NCBI GenBank assembly: GCA_016209595.1
Contig: JACQVV010000046.1
Span: forward strand, 1-58,943
Direction: 5' to 3'
Source: Planctomycetota bacterium
Lineage (GTDB): Bacteria; Planctomycetota; JACQVV01
DNA: 58,943 nucleotides
Part shown: positions 26,985 to 37,866 of the stretch, in pieces
Layout: every line of letters starts with the position of its first letter
Numbering within the stretch: the stretch's first letter is position 1
Position numbers and translations under genes: made by a program
The notes under the pieces: generated by a model
What the model was told of the DNA's origin: nothing
The model's input: only the letters and a program-made list of their open reading frames with translations
Databases searched by the model: none

Positions 26985-29900
26985 CTACCGTCCGAGGCTC
27001 TCGCGGCGGGCCTCCTCGATCCTCTCGCGATACTCGGGCGGCGCGACCTCGAGCGCCCGGTCGAACGAGGCCGCCGCCTCCTCGGACCGGCCCACTCCCG
27101 CCAGGGCGATCCCGCGGCTCGCCCAGGCCTGCCAGAAGGCAGGAGCGAGCCGGGTGGCGAGGTCGAAGGGTCCGATCGCCGCGGGGAAGTCGTCGAGCGC
27201 GAGGAGCATGGCGCCCTTCTTGTAGTGGGCCTCCGCGAAGCGCGGGTCGAGTTCGGCCGCGCGCGTGAACTCCTCCAGGGCTCCGGCATAGTCCTCCATG
27301 CTCTCGAGCGCGATTCCACGATTGAACGGGAAGTTGGGGTTGCGAGGGTCGAGTTCGATGGCGCGGTCGAGGTCCTCCAGGGCGCCCGCGAGATCGCCCT
27401 TCTCCTGGCGCGCGAGACCTCGATTGGCGTGAGCCGACGAGGAGCGGGGATCGATCTCGATCGCGACCGTGAAGTCCTCGATGGCTCCGTCGAGATCGCC
27501 CGCCTCCGCGCGTATTGCGCCGCGGTTGACGTAAGCGATACTGAGTCCCGGATCGAGCTCGATGGCGCGCCCGAAATCCTCCAGCGCTCCGGCCGCGTCG
27601 CCCAGGTTCGCCCGGGCGTTCCCGCGATTTGTGTAGGCGGCGGCGTATCCCGGGTCGATCTCGATGGCGCGGTCATAGTCCTCGATCGCCCGGCGGGAGT
27701 CTCCGCGGGCCGCCAGGGCCGCGCCCCGGTTGAGGTAGATCGCGGCTCGCGCCGGGCCGATCTCGGCGGCCCGCGTGTAGTCGGCGATCGCGCCCTCGAG
27801 ATCCCCCATGGCCTTTCGGACGGCGCCGCGATTCAGGTAGGCGCTTCCCAGGCCCGGGTCGAGCTCGATCGCGCGTGTGAGATCGGCCAGGGCGCCCTCC
27901 AGGTCGTTCTGCAGCGATCGTGCCGTGCCCCGGTGTTCGTATTCGAGACCGGTTCGAGGCTGTGTCACGGGGAGCGGAAGCAGGGTGGAGGCGAGTTCCA
28001 TATCTCCGGCGCCGGTGAGGCGGCCTCCTGCTTCATTGCGGCACTCGAAGAGCCTCGGGCCGAAGTCGATGACCTGGAGTCTCGATAGAGCCATCGCGGA
28101 GGCCATGACGAGTACCCTCTGGTCCGCGCGGACCTCGACCGTGGCGGTCGGGTCACGGCATGCCGACCACGCCGCTTCGAAAGCCGCGCGAACGACGGCG
28201 ACCGGTGCCAAGTCCGGGGCGCCCGGATCGGGCGGATCGTCGTCGCCGTGGAGGCCGATCTGTCCGAGGACGAAGGCGAGCTGGAGGGGCGAGAGCTCGG
28301 CATCTCCCGCGCGACGAGTGAGGAGCGCCGTGTAGCCGCTTCCCGAGCGGGCGGCAGCGGCGGCCCAGTCGGCGAGCTCCTCGATCTCGCCGAGGAACGC
28401 GACGCGACCCGCGGTTCCCTCGGGCGGCGGGAGCGGCGATCCGTCGCGGATACGGGCCACGTGCTCCATCGTCTGCACTGAGGCGTGGGCCACGAGGCCC
28501 TTCTCTCCCTGGACCGAGGACAGCGCCCCGACCGTCCTCGCCAGATCGGGGATCGCCCCCGGCACCCTGGCCTCGATTCGCCCGGCCGCCCGGACCCAGG
28601 CGGCGAGCTCGCTCGCCCGACCGACGTCCCGGCCGCGCGCGCCCTCCTCCAAGACGCGCGTGACGACATCGACGGAACGTGACCCGTTCACGTCCGTATG
28701 AACATCCCCTTTTCGCCCCAGGACATCGATCAGGAAGAGAAGGACCTGTCCGCGCGGAGGGTCCGCCGGGTCGGTGAGGAGCTCCAGGACTCGCCCGGTG
28801 ACGGCGGCGCGGCTCGCGCTTTCCATGGCCAGACGCCTCGCCCGCTCCGGAAGCTCTCCATCCATGAGGCCTCCCTGCCTCCCGGCCGCTCGCTCGGCCG
28901 CCCGGATTCGGGAGAGGATGCTCTCCAGGCGTTCGCGGTCGAGCGCGACGTCCCTCTCCATGGCTTCGTCCACGCTGGATAGTCTCGCCGACCTCTCCTC
29001 GGCGGAGGTCGCGCCCCAGGCTCGGGCCGATTCCGCCAGGACCTGCGCGAGGGCCCAGTCGCCTACATCCTCGGCCCTGTCCTGAAGGGTGCGGCTCCAC
29101 GCGGCCACGCTCGCCGCCCAGTCGGCCGGTGGTTCGGGATGGAGCGCCAGCGCCTGCCCCATCTTCATGAGCGCCGCGGCGTGCGGGCGGATGTGCTCCT
29201 GCGGCGAGGCTGGATTGAAGGGCAGAGTTTCGGCCGCTCCCCATTCCAGGGCCCCCGCTCGGTAGAGCTCCGCGGCGGCCAGGGACCGCTCGGCGGCGAT
29301 CTCTCGTTCCCGGTCGACCCGCGCGCGCTCGGTTTCCCGGAGCTTCTCCGATTCCGCCCTGGCCCACACCACGACGATCCCCACCAGGCCGGCGGCGAGC
29401 GCGACCAGGGTCGCCGCCGCTCCGGCGACCGCGATGCGGTTCCGCCGCGCCCACTTCACGAGGACCTCCCAAGGCGAATACCGTGCCGCCGCGAGCGGGC
29501 GGCCCGCGAGGAAGGCCTCGATCTCCGCGGAGAGCGCGAGGGCCGAGGGGTAGCGGTCGCGGGGCCGGCGTGCCATCGCCTTGAGGACGACCGCCTCGAG
29601 CTCCCTGGGCACCGGCCACGGGGCGACCCCGCGGGCCGATGGAGGGCGGTACTCCCCGCGGGCGGCACGCTCGATCGCGATGCCCACCGTGTTCGCCTCG
29701 ATGGGACGCTCGAGGGAGAGGATTTCGTAAAGGATCGCGCCCAGGCTGTAGACGTCGCTTCGTTGATCCAGCGTCTCGATCTCGCCACGCGCCTGCTCGG
29801 GCGACATGTAGGCCGGAGTACCCATCACCGTCCCCGGCTGGGTTAGTTCTGCTTCCGTGCCCGTGGACCGTGACCGTGGACCGTGACCGTGACCGTGACC

Positions 29901-30635
29901 GTCAACAGCGACGGAATCTCCCTGGACCCTCGCAAGTCCCCAGTCCATCACGAGCACCTCGCCGAATTCCCCGGTCATCACGTTGTCGGGCTTGAGATCC
30001 CTGTGGACCACGCCGCGGCTGTGGGCGTAGGCGACGGCGTCGCAGACCTTGAGGAATACATGAAGCAGCCGCGCCAGCGTCTTTCCGGGATCCTGCGCGT
30101 CCGGACCGGATCCGTCCCCTCGCTCCGGGTCCTGCCGGATCTTCTCCAGCACTTCCCGGAGACTCTTGCCCTTGACGCGCTTCATGACGAGGTAGGGGCG
30201 GCGGCTCGACACGTCGACGCCCAGGTCGTGGACCGGGACGATGTTCGGGTGTTCGAGCTGTCCGGTGATCTGCGCCTCCAGGAGGAAGCGGCGCACCTGC
30301 CCGGGGTTCTTCGAATCAAGGAGGGTCTTCACCGCGACATCCCGCCGCAGGTCCCGGTCGGTCGCGAGCCAGACTTCTCCCATCCCTCCCCGGCCCAGTC
30401 GCTCCCGCGGCTTGTACTTGGGTCCCTGCGCCGGGTCCGTCGCGATCCCCCCCGCGAGGGAAAGGCCTGGCTCGGAGTCGAGGACGGTTTCGATCGAGGG
30501 ACCGGGGGGAAGACTGAGGATCGTCTCCGCGTTCTCGGGTTCCTCCGGTCCGTCACTCTGCGCGTGCGCTCTCTCGGGGCGCGGCGCTCCCCGCCGGGTG
30601 CGCCCGGAGCGGCCCTTCTTGGGTTCCTCGGCCAT
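26985..30635 (-). CDS. Hanks-type Ser/Thr kinase, one TM helix, large extracytoplasmic region, about nine C-terminal TPR repeats
   Basis: Starts at MAEEPKK (30635) inside ORF 26985..30887. Contains GRGGMGEVW, AVK, HRDLKPDN, DWG (not DFG), SPE, and TM IAVAGAAATLVALAAGLVGIVVVW. Confidence 0.85.
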   Translation of the reverse strand: MAEEPKKGRSGRTRRGAPRPERAHAQSDGPEEPENAETILSLPPGPSIETVLDSEPGLSLAGGIATDPAQGPKYKPRERLGRGGMGEVWLATDRDLRRDVAVKTLLDSKNPGQVRRFLLEAQITGQLEHPNIVPVHDLGVDVSSRRPYLVMKRVKGKSLREVLEKIRQDPERGDGSGPDAQDPGKTLARLLHVFLKVCDAVAYAHSRGVVHRDLKPDNVMTGEFGEVLVMDWGLARVQGDSVAVDGHGHGHGPRSRSTGTEAELTQPGTVMGTPAYMSPEQARGEIETLDQRSDVYSLGAILYEILSLERPIEANTVGIAIERAARGEYRPPSARGVAPWPVPRELEAVVLKAMARRPRDRYPSALALSAEIEAFLAGRPLAAARYSPWEVLVKWARRNRIAVAGAAATLVALAAGLVGIVVVWARAESEKLRETERARVDREREIAAERSLAAAELYRAGALEWGAAETLPFNPASPQEHIRPHAAALMKMGQALALHPEPPADWAASVAAWSRTLQDRAEDVGDWALAQVLAESARAWGATSAEERSARLSSVDEAMERDVALDRERLESILSRIRAAERAAGRQGGLMDGELPERARRLAMESASRAAVTGRVLELLTDPADPPRGQVLLFLIDVLGRKGDVHTDVNGSRSVDVVTRVLEEGARGRDVGRASELAAWVRAAGRIEARVPGAIPDLARTVGALSSVQGEKGLVAHASVQTMEHVARIRDGSPLPPPEGTAGRVAFLGEIEELADWAAAAARSGSGYTALLTRRAGDAELSPLQLAFVLGQIGLHGDDDPPDPGAPDLAPVAVVRAAFEAAWSACRDPTATVEVRADQRVLVMASAMALSRLQVIDFGPRLFECRNEAGGRLTGAGDMELASTLLPLPVTQPRTGLEYEHRGTARSLQNDLEGALADLTRAIELDPGLGSAYLNRGAVRKAMGDLEGAIADYTRAAEIGPARAAIYLNRGAALAARGDSRRAIEDYDRAIEIDPGYAAAYTNRGNARANLGDAAGALEDFGRAIELDPGLSIAYVNRGAIRAEAGDLDGAIEDFTVAIEIDPRSSSAHANRGLARQEKGDLAGALEDLDRAIELDPRNPNFPFNRGIALESMEDYAGALEEFTRAAELDPRFAEAHYKKGAMLLALDDFPAAIGPFDLATRLAPAFWQAWASRGIALAGVGRSEEAAASFDRALEVAPPEYRERIEEARRESLGR
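27040..27950 (-). repeat. Array of about nine consecutive 34-aa (102-bp) TPR units within the kinase gene
   Basis: Recurrent A(I/L)ExDPxxxxAYxNRGxxxxxxGDxxGAxxD(F/Y)xxA in the translated C-terminus. Confidence 0.6.
29861..29905. repeat. Degenerate hexanucleotide microsatellite (GGTCAC)n with single-base insertions, inside the kinase activation segment
   Basis: ccgtggaccgtgaccgtggaccgtgaccgtgaccgtgaccgtc. Encodes DGHGHGHGPRSRST on the minus strand. Confidence 0.7.
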
Positions 30636-30768
30636 GATCGTCTCTCTCGTCTGGACCAGGGCGGCGCGCGGCGTCTTTTCCGCGAGCGAGTCCTTGGATT
30701 GTAGCGACGGCTTCCCGATTCCTGAAACGGTTGCGGGATGCGGCCGGGCGCGGTATAAGACCCGTCCG

Positions 30769-32064
30769 ATGAGCGACCTCCACCTGCGGCGCGGACGGCT
30801 CTTCGATCCCGCGAGCGGCCTCGACCGGGAGGGAGACGTCATCCTGCGCGAGGGGAGGATCGCGGCGCTGGGGAAGGGGCTCGCCACGCCGGCGGGAGCC
30901 GTGGTCGTGGACGCGCGGGATCTGCTTCTCGTGCCGGGGCTAGTGGACCTCCACGTTCACCTGCGCGAGCCGGGGGAGGAATACAAAGAGGACATCCGTT
31001 CGGGGACCGCCGCGGCCGCGGCGGGAGGCTTCGCGGCCGTCTGCTCCATGCCCAACACGAAACCCCCGAACGACTGCCGGTCCGTGACCGAACTCATTCT
31101 CGCGCGGGCGCGCGAGGCGGGATTGGCGCGCGTCTACCCCGTGGGGGCGATCTCGAAGGGGCTGGAGGGAAAGACCCTCGCGGACATCGGCGATCTGGCC
31201 GAGGCAGGGTGCGTCGCCATCACGGACGACGGGCGGCCGGTCATGAGCGCGCTCGTCATGCGCCGGGCCATGGAGTACGCGAGGTCGTTCGGACTCACCG
31301 TGACGCAGCACGCCGAGGACCTCGATCTCTCCGGCAAGGGCTCGATGAACGAGGGGGCGGCCTCGACGCGCGCGGGGCTCCGCGGCCAGCCGGCCCAGGC
31401 GGAGGAGGTCATCGTCGCGCGCGACATCGCGCTCGCCGAGCTCACGGGCGCGCGCTACCACGTGGCGCACCTCTCGACGGCCGCGGCACTCGCGCGCGTC
31501 CGCGAGGCGAAATCGCGCGGCCTCCCCGTGACCTGCGAGGTGACGCCGCACCACCTGACGCTCACCGACGAGGCCTGCACGGGCTACGACACCTCGACGA
31601 AGGTGAACCCGCCGCTCCGCACGCCGGCCGACATCGAGGCGCTCATCGAGGCCCTCGCCGAAGGGACGATCGACGCCATCGCGACCGACCATGCCCCGCA
31701 CTCCTCGGTCGAGAAGGAGCTCGAGTTCGACGAGGCCGCCTTCGGGATGATCGGCCTGGAGACCGCGCTCCCGCTCGTCCTTTCCCTCGTCGTGTCGGGG
31801 AAGCTCTCGCTCGGGCGAGCGATCGAGTGCCTCACGTCCCGAGCGGCCAGGGTCTATGGTCTCTCCGGGGGGACGCTCGCCGAGGGGGCGCCAGGCGACG
31901 TCACCGCGATCGACCTCGCGCGGCGGTGGACGTACGATCCGTCGCGCGGGAAGTCGAAAAGCGCGAACAGCCCCTTCGCGGGCCGGGAGCTCGTTGGAAT
32001 GGCCGTTCTCACCGTGGTCGCGGGACGCGTCGTCCACGACACGCTCTCCGCGGTCGGGAGATGA
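30769..32064 (+). CDS. pyrC: Dihydroorotase
   Basis: ATG at 30769 within ORF 30241..32064. Contains [16 protein letters not shown] and HVAHLST. Confidence 0.9.
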   Translation: MSDLHLRRGRLFDPASGLDREGDVILREGRIAALGKGLATPAGAVVVDARDLLLVPGLVDLHVHLREPGEEYKEDIRSGTAAAAAGGFAAVCSMPNTKPPNDCRSVTELILARAREAGLARVYPVGAISKGLEGKTLADIGDLAEAGCVAITDDGRPVMSALVMRRAMEYARSFGLTVTQHAEDLDLSGKGSMNEGAASTRAGLRGQPAQAEEVIVARDIALAELTGARYHVAHLSTAAALARVREAKSRGLPVTCEVTPHHLTLTDEACTGYDTSTKVNPPLRTPADIEALIEALAEGTIDAIATDHAPHSSVEKELEFDEAAFGMIGLETALPLVLSLVVSGKLSLGRAIECLTSRAARVYGLSGGTLAEGAPGDVTAIDLARRWTYDPSRGKSKSANSPFAGRELVGMAVLTVVAGRVVHDTLSAVGR

Positions 32065-32666
32065 CCGGGATGGCTGCGGGAGCGGGCGGCGAAAAGAAGA
32101 AGGACCGGACGACGGGGCTCGTCGTCGCCCGCGAGCTCCTCGATGCCGCGGGGATCGAAAAGGAGCTCGCGCGGATCGCCGAGGAGATCCTCGAGCGGCA
32201 CCCGGACCCCAAGGACCTCCTCGTGGTGGGGATACGGACGGGGGGAGCGCACCTGGCCGAGCGCCTTCGCCAGATGCTCTCCCGGCGCGCGGGCGTGGCC
32301 GTTCCTCTCGGGATCCTCGACATCACTCTCTATCGCGACGACGTCTTCAGCGGCCTCCCGCGTCCCGAGGTCGGCCCGACCACGATCCCGGTGGGCCTCC
32401 CCGGGCGCCATGTGGTCCTCGTGGACGATGTCCTCTACACCGGCCGCACGATTCGCGCCGCGCTCGACGAGCTCATGGACTACGGGCGACCGAAGTGCGT
32501 CCGCCTCGCGGTCCTCGTGGACCGCGGGAACCGGGAGCTCCCGATCCAGGCCGACCACGCGGGGCTCCGAGTCGAGACCGGCCGGGGCCAGCACGTCCGC
32601 GTCCACCTGAAGGAGGAGGGCGAGGAGGAGCGCGTCGTCCTCTACGACAAGGGGTCCGGGCCATGA
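32061..32666 (+). CDS. pyrR: PyrR, bifunctional pyrimidine operon regulator / uracil phosphoribosyltransferase
   Basis: ATGA overlap with the pyrC stop. Contains [15 protein letters not shown] and the PRPP motif [18 protein letters not shown]. Confidence 0.9.
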   Translation: MTGMAAGAGGEKKKDRTTGLVVARELLDAAGIEKELARIAEEILERHPDPKDLLVVGIRTGGAHLAERLRQMLSRRAGVAVPLGILDITLYRDDVFSGLPRPEVGPTTIPVGLPGRHVVLVDDVLYTGRTIRAALDELMDYGRPKCVRLAVLVDRGNRELPIQADHAGLRVETGRGQHVRVHLKEEGEEERVVLYDKGSGP

Positions 32667-33613
32667 CCCGCTCCTTCCCGCACCGGCATCTTCTCGGGAT
32701 CGAGCCCCTGTCCCGGGAGGACATCGTCACGGTGCTCGATCTCGCGGACCGGTTCTACGAGATCAGCGAGCGGCCCCTGAAGCGAGTGCCGACGCTGCGC
32801 GGGAAAACGGTGGTGGCGCTCTTCCTGGAGCCCTCGACCCGCACGCGAACGTCGTTCGAAATCGCCGGGAAACGCCTCTCGGCCGATGTCATCAACGTCG
32901 CCGGCTCGAGCTCCTCGACCTCGAAGGGCGAGACCCTCCTCGATACGGCTCTCAACCTCGCCGCGATGCGCCTCGACGCCGTGATCCTGCGGCACGGGGC
33001 CTCGGGGGCGCCGCACTTCCTCAGCCGCCACCTCGATTGCGCGGTCATCAACGCCGGGGACGGGACTCACGAGCACCCAACCCAGGCGCTGCTCGACGCC
33101 GCTACGATCCGCCGTCACAAGGGGTCTTTCGAAGGGCTCACCGTGACGATCGTTGGCGACATCCTCCACAGCCGCGTCGCGCGCTCGAACATCCACGCCC
33201 TGGCGAAGCTCGGCGCGACGGTGAAGGTGGCCGGCCCCAGGACCATGATGCCGGCCGGGATCGAGTCGCTCGGCGTCCAGGCCTTCGACCGGATCGAACC
33301 CGCGGTCGAAGGCGCGGACGTCGTCATGGTCCTCCGGCTCCAGCTCGAGCGCCAGGCCGGCGCCTTCTTCCCGAACATCCGCGAGTACAGCCGGACGTTC
33401 GGGCTCTCCCCGGCTCGCGCCCGCCTCGCAAAACCCAACTGCCTCATCATGCACCCGGGCCCCATGAACCGCGGGGTCGAGATCTCGCCGGAAGTCGCGG
33501 ACGGGGAACAAAGCGTGATCCTCGAGCAGGTGACCTACGGCGTCGCCGTCCGGATGGCGGTCCTCTACCTCCTCGCCGGCCCTTCGGGCGAGGGGGAGCC
33601 GACCGCGCCATAG
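32663..33613 (+). CDS. pyrB: Aspartate carbamoyltransferase catalytic subunit
   Basis: ATGA overlap with the pyrR stop. Contains [21 protein letters not shown] and [11 protein letters not shown]. Confidence 0.95.
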   Translation: MTRSFPHRHLLGIEPLSREDIVTVLDLADRFYEISERPLKRVPTLRGKTVVALFLEPSTRTRTSFEIAGKRLSADVINVAGSSSSTSKGETLLDTALNLAAMRLDAVILRHGASGAPHFLSRHLDCAVINAGDGTHEHPTQALLDAATIRRHKGSFEGLTVTIVGDILHSRVARSNIHALAKLGATVKVAGPRTMMPAGIESLGVQAFDRIEPAVEGADVVMVLRLQLERQAGAFFPNIREYSRTFGLSPARARLAKPNCLIMHPGPMNRGVEISPEVADGEQSVILEQVTYGVAVRMAVLYLLAGPSGEGEPTAP

Positions 33614-33691
33614 ACTGGGGTCAGGACCCCCGGGGCGCGGCGGTGAGCTGTAGGATGGCGTGACCCCGCCGTGCAGGGAGGTTGCCCTTCG

Positions 33692-34621
33692 ATGCGCCAC
33701 GTCCATCTGCTTCCGCTCCTTCTTCTCGTTCTCTTCCCCGGAGGAGTCGAGTCCCAGGAGCCTTCCTTCGACGGCCTGTGGGAAACGTCGTTCGGTCGAA
33801 TGCGTCTCGTGGTCGATGGGGATCGCGCGGCCGGGCGCTACCAGCTCTCGGGGGGCTCTACGCTCGAGGGGACGGTCGAGGGCCGGCGGTTCGCCTTCCG
33901 CTACGTCGAGCCCGCGGTGCGCGGAGAAGGGTGGTTCGAACGGACCGAGGACGGAGGCTCGTTCGCGGGCTCCTGGCGCGCGGATGGGAGCGAGGAGTGG
34001 TTGGAGTGGACCGGACGGCGGGTCGTGCCGGAACCGGGCGTCTCGTGGCTCGTCGTGTTCGAGGCATCCTGGGAGGAAGGGCTCCTGGGCCCCGACTACT
34101 CCTTCGGATCGATGCTGGGCGCGTTCTTCGCGCGCCACCGGCGCGTCAAGGTGCGCCACCGGCGCTTCGGAGACGCGGCGGGCTTCTCGCGCTTCGCGAT
34201 CGAGCTCGCATACCTCGCCGAGCCGGTCGCGCTCGTCGTCGCGGCTCACGGCGACGCCCGGGGCGTCCTGGCGGGTCCCGATACGATCGGAGCGGCCCAG
34301 GTCGGGAAGGATCTCGCCGGGGCGCCCGGCGTCTTCCTCGTCCACTTCTCGTCCTGCGGCGTCCTGGCGGGCGAGTTCGCCGCCGAGGTCTTTGATGCGC
34401 TCCCTTCCGGCCGCGGACTTGCCCTCTCAGGCTACGCGTCCAACGTCGATTGGAGCGCGAGCGCCCTTCTGGAGATGGCCTACCTCGACCTCGTGCTCGG
34501 CCGGGGCCTCGCCCCATCCGATGCGGCGGCGCTCGTCAAGAGCGAGTTCGCCTTCGCGGGCGACGAGGGGGTGCCCGGCTCTCCCTTCGGCGCGTCCCGG
34601 TTCCGCTTCGCGAGCCGCTAA
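33692..34621 (+). CDS. Secreted protein of unknown function with a possible caspase/CHAT-like His-Cys dyad
   Basis: MRHVHLLPLLLLVLFPGGVESQ signal peptide. The C-terminal half has VALVVAAHGD and VFLVHFSSCG, each following a hydrophobic strand. Confidence 0.5.
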   Translation: MRHVHLLPLLLLVLFPGGVESQEPSFDGLWETSFGRMRLVVDGDRAAGRYQLSGGSTLEGTVEGRRFAFRYVEPAVRGEGWFERTEDGGSFAGSWRADGSEEWLEWTGRRVVPEPGVSWLVVFEASWEEGLLGPDYSFGSMLGAFFARHRRVKVRHRRFGDAAGFSRFAIELAYLAEPVALVVAAHGDARGVLAGPDTIGAAQVGKDLAGAPGVFLVHFSSCGVLAGEFAAEVFDALPSGRGLALSGYASNVDWSASALLEMAYLDLVLGRGLAPSDAAALVKSEFAFAGDEGVPGSPFGASRFRFASR

Positions 34622-34983
34622 CAGCCGGCCCCTTCCGCGAAACGCACGCGGTCCGGCCGGTTCGGGACCACGCAAAGGAACTCGAAAGGTTCGGCTCCAA
34701 GGGTCTGGTAGTCGTGAAGGGCGCCGGCCGGGATGTAGAGGGCGTCCCCGGGTCCGACCTCGTGGACCTCCTCGCCCACGCGGATCCTCGCCCGGCCGGC
34801 CAGGACGTACTGCTCGTGCTCGACGTCGTTCGAGTGGAGCGGCATCCCCGTTCCGGGCGCCATGCGGAACTTGCGCAGGAAGAAGTTGGGCATCCCGTCG
34901 GCGGGTCCGAGGAGGACCTCCCGCGTAGTCCCCTGGCTCCCGGCGACCGACTCGGGCGTGGTCGTCCCGCGTTTCTTGTGCAT
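34618..34983 (-). CDS. Cupin-domain protein (121 aa)
   Basis: MHKKRG start inside ORF 34618..35232. Contains GMPLHSNDVEHEQYVLAG...GDALYIPAGALH. There is a 4-nt convergent overlap with the previous gene. Confidence 0.7.
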   Translation of the reverse strand: MHKKRGTTTPESVAGSQGTTREVLLGPADGMPNFFLRKFRMAPGTGMPLHSNDVEHEQYVLAGRARIRVGEEVHEVGPGDALYIPAGALHDYQTLGAEPFEFLCVVPNRPDRVRFAEGAGC

Positions 34984-34997
34984 CGTGCGACCTCCCG

Positions 34998-37100
34998 CTA
35001 CGTTTTCTGTTTCGCCGCCATCTCCTCGCGGCGCAGGGCGGCGATCTCCTCGGCCATCTCGAAGGGGACCGCCTCGTAGTGCTCGAAGTGCATGGTGAAC
35101 GAGCCGCGCCCCTGGGTCATGTTGCGGAGCGCGGTGACGTACCCGAACATCGTGGCGAGCGGCACGAGGGCGTGGATCTCGTGTTGGATCCCCGCGGAAT
35201 CGAGCCGCTCGATCCGCCCGCGGCGGCTGCACAGGTCGCCGCCGATCGGTCCGGCGAATTCCGGCGGCACGACGACGTGCACCGACATGTAGGGCTCCAG
35301 CAGCTGGGGAACCCCCCGTGCGAAGGCATCCCGGAGAGCGTCGCGCGCGCAGGTCCGGAACGCGAAGTCGGAGGAGTCGACGTCGTGCGCCTTGCCATCC
35401 ACGAGAGAGATGCGAAGGTCCACCACGGGAAAGCCGGCGTAGGGCCCCTTGGTCATCGCGCTGACGAGGCCCGCCTCGACCGACGGGATGAACTGCTTCG
35501 GGATGACGCCGCCCACGATCTTGTTCTCGAACTCGAAGCCTTGGCCCGGCGGAAGCGGTTCGATCACGAGCTCGACGACGGCGAACTGGCCGCGGCCGCC
35601 CGTCTGCTTGACGTGGCGGTGCTCGAGCTCGACCTTGCCGGTGAGCGTCTCGCGGTAGGCGACCTGGGGCCGGCCGACGACCGAGCTCACGCCGTACTCG
35701 CGCTTCATCCGGTCGAGGAGGATTTCCAGGTGGAGCTCGCCCATGCCCGAGAGGATCGTCTCCTTGGTCTCGGGGTCGGTCTCCACGAGAAACGTCGGAT
35801 CCTCCGAGGCCAGGGCCATGAGCGCGCGGCCCATCGCGTCCCGGTCCTGGCGGCTCGCCGGCTGGACCGAGATCGAAAGGACCGGGGCCGGGAACTCGAT
35901 CACGTCGAGGAGGATCGGGTCCTTCTCGTCGCAGATCGTGTCCCCGGTCGTCGTTTCGGAGAGGCCGATCGCGGCGCAGATGTCCCCGCAGAAGACCTCC
36001 TCGCGCGGCTCCTGGCGATTGGCGTACATCCGCACGAGCCGTCCGACGCGCTGCTTCTTGTCGCGGGTCGAGTTGAGGATGTAGGTCCCGGCGCGCAGCG
36101 TCCCGGTGTAGACCCGCAGGTACACCAGACGCCCCATGTGGCGGTCGGATACGACCTTGAACGCGAGCGCCGTGACCGGCTCGTCCTCGCGGACCGCCCG
36201 TTCGACCGAGCTGCCGTCCGCCCGCCGGATGCCCCGGACGGGCGGAAGGTCGCGGGGCGAGGGAAGGTAATGGACGACCGCGTCGAGAAGGCGCTGGACG
36301 CCCTTGTTCTTGTAGGCCGAGCCGGCGAGGACGGGGACCACCGTTCGCTGGAGCGTGGCCCGGCGCAGCACGCGGCGGAGCTCCTCCGGCGTGATCTCGT
36401 GACTCTCCAGGTACCTTTCCAGGAGGGCCTCGTCCTTTTCGCTCGCCTTCTCGATCAAGTGAATCCGCCAGTGCTCGACCTCGTCCTTCATCGCGGGCGG
36501 GACGGGCTCCTCGTGATAGGTCACGCCCTTGTCCTCGTCGGCGTAGTAGACCGCCTTGTTCTCCACGAGGTCCACGACACCCTCGTAGCGGTCCTCGGCC
36601 CCGATCGGGATGACGACCGGGATGGGGTTCGCTCCCAGGCGCTCCTTAATCTCCTCCACGACCCCGTAGAAATCCGCGCCCACACGATCCATCTTGTTGA
36701 CGAAGGCGATCTTCGGGACCTCGTACTTCTCGGCCTGGTGCCAGACCGTCTCCGACTGGGGCTCGACGCCCCCCACCGCGCAGAAGAGGGCGATCGCCCC
36801 GTCGAGGACCCGCAGGCTCCGCTCGACCTCCGCAGTGAAGTCGACGTGGCCGGGCGTGTCGATCACGTTCACGCGGTGGTCTTTCCAGAGGACCGTTGTC
36901 GCGGCGGCGGTGATGGTAATCCCGCGCTCCCGTTCCTGCACCATCCAGTCCATCGTGGTCGTGCCGTCATGGACCTCGCCCAAGCGGTGGGTGAGCCCCG
37001 TGTAGTAGAGGATGCGCTCGGTCAGCGTGGTCTTCCCGGCGTCGATATGGGCCATGATGCCGATGTTGCGGACGCGATCGAGCGGGATGACGCGGGTCAC
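34998..37100 (-). CDS. fusA: Elongation factor G (stand-alone copy, not in an rpsL-rpsG-fusA context)
   Basis: GTG at 37100 inside ORF 34998..37238. Contains [32 protein letters not shown] and NKMD; 700 aa. Confidence 0.9.
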   Translation of the reverse strand: MTRVIPLDRVRNIGIMAHIDAGKTTLTERILYYTGLTHRLGEVHDGTTTMDWMVQERERGITITAAATTVLWKDHRVNVIDTPGHVDFTAEVERSLRVLDGAIALFCAVGGVEPQSETVWHQAEKYEVPKIAFVNKMDRVGADFYGVVEEIKERLGANPIPVVIPIGAEDRYEGVVDLVENKAVYYADEDKGVTYHEEPVPPAMKDEVEHWRIHLIEKASEKDEALLERYLESHEITPEELRRVLRRATLQRTVVPVLAGSAYKNKGVQRLLDAVVHYLPSPRDLPPVRGIRRADGSSVERAVREDEPVTALAFKVVSDRHMGRLVYLRVYTGTLRAGTYILNSTRDKKQRVGRLVRMYANRQEPREEVFCGDICAAIGLSETTTGDTICDEKDPILLDVIEFPAPVLSISVQPASRQDRDAMGRALMALASEDPTFLVETDPETKETILSGMGELHLEILLDRMKREYGVSSVVGRPQVAYRETLTGKVELEHRHVKQTGGRGQFAVVELVIEPLPPGQGFEFENKIVGGVIPKQFIPSVEAGLVSAMTKGPYAGFPVVDLRISLVDGKAHDVDSSDFAFRTCARDALRDAFARGVPQLLEPYMSVHVVVPPEFAGPIGGDLCSRRGRIERLDSAGIQHEIHALVPLATMFGYVTALRNMTQGRGSFTMHFEHYEAVPFEMAEEIAALRREEMAAKQKT

Positions 37101-37237
37101 GGTAGTTCTCTTCGAGGAAGGTCGGGCGGAAAATGCGCTTGTATATCGGATTCGCGTCCGCGGCGCAAGGAGTGGGGCCGCGGCGGTCTGCTGCCGGGTT
37201 GGATTCGCGACGCGATGCGGGCTAGGATCCAGTCCCA

Positions 37238-37729
37238 ATGGCGCAACTTGCCCGTTTCCTCAAGCAGGAGTCGATCTCGCTCGATGTGGCTCCCGATCTG
37301 GAGCTGCCGGAAGAGATGACGGCGAGGGATCTATCCCGGATCAAGGAGGAGATCCTCGGGCGCCTGGCGGACCTCCTGTGCGGCACGGGGAAGGTCGCGA
37401 ACCGTTCGAAGCTCTTCCAGGACCTCGTGAATCGCGAACGGAAGGCCACGACGGCGGTCGGGAAGGGGATCGCGGTCCCGCACGTCCGGACGATGCAGGC
37501 GCGCGAATTCACCATGGCGGTCGGCATCGCGCCCCGGGGGTTCCCGTTCGGCGCGCCGGACGGGGAGCCGGTGCGGATCTTCGTCGCGATGGTGGCGCCG
37601 CCCTACGACGATAAACTCTACCTCCAGGTCTACCAGCAGCTCGCCCAGGTGTTCCTCGAGGAGGGGGCGCTCGAGAGGATCCTGGAAGCGCGCGAGGCCG
37701 GGGAGATCATCCGGATCCTGTCGGAGTAG
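37238..37729 (+). CDS. ptsN: PTS EIIA-type-2 domain protein, PtsN (EIIA-Ntr)-like
   Basis: ORF 37238..37729. Contains [17 protein letters not shown] with the phosphorylatable His. Confidence 0.7.
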   Translation: MAQLARFLKQESISLDVAPDLELPEEMTARDLSRIKEEILGRLADLLCGTGKVANRSKLFQDLVNRERKATTAVGKGIAVPHVRTMQAREFTMAVGIAPRGFPFGAPDGEPVRIFVAMVAPPYDDKLYLQVYQQLAQVFLEEGALERILEAREAGEIIRILSE

Positions 37730-37789
37730 CGGGGCTCCGCCCCAGCCCGGACGAGTGTGTTGGTTTGTCGCCTCATCAAACCTAGAACT

Positions 37790-37866
37790 CTGAACGTCGA
37801 ACTTCGAACATCGAACTTCGACGTTCAATGTTCAACGTTGAACGTTCGACGTTCAACCGTCGGCGG
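37790..37866. repeat. Eleven tandem heptamers (consensus TCGAACT/TCAACGT), AT-richer, self-complementary; lies in a convergent intergenic region
   Basis: ctgaacg tcgaact tcgaaca tcgaact tcgacgt tcaatgt tcaacgt tgaacgt tcgacgt tcaaccg tcggcgg. The 11-nt arms tgaacgtcgaa/ttcgacgttca and the 14-nt palindrome gttcaacgttgaac fall inside it. Confidence 0.75.
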
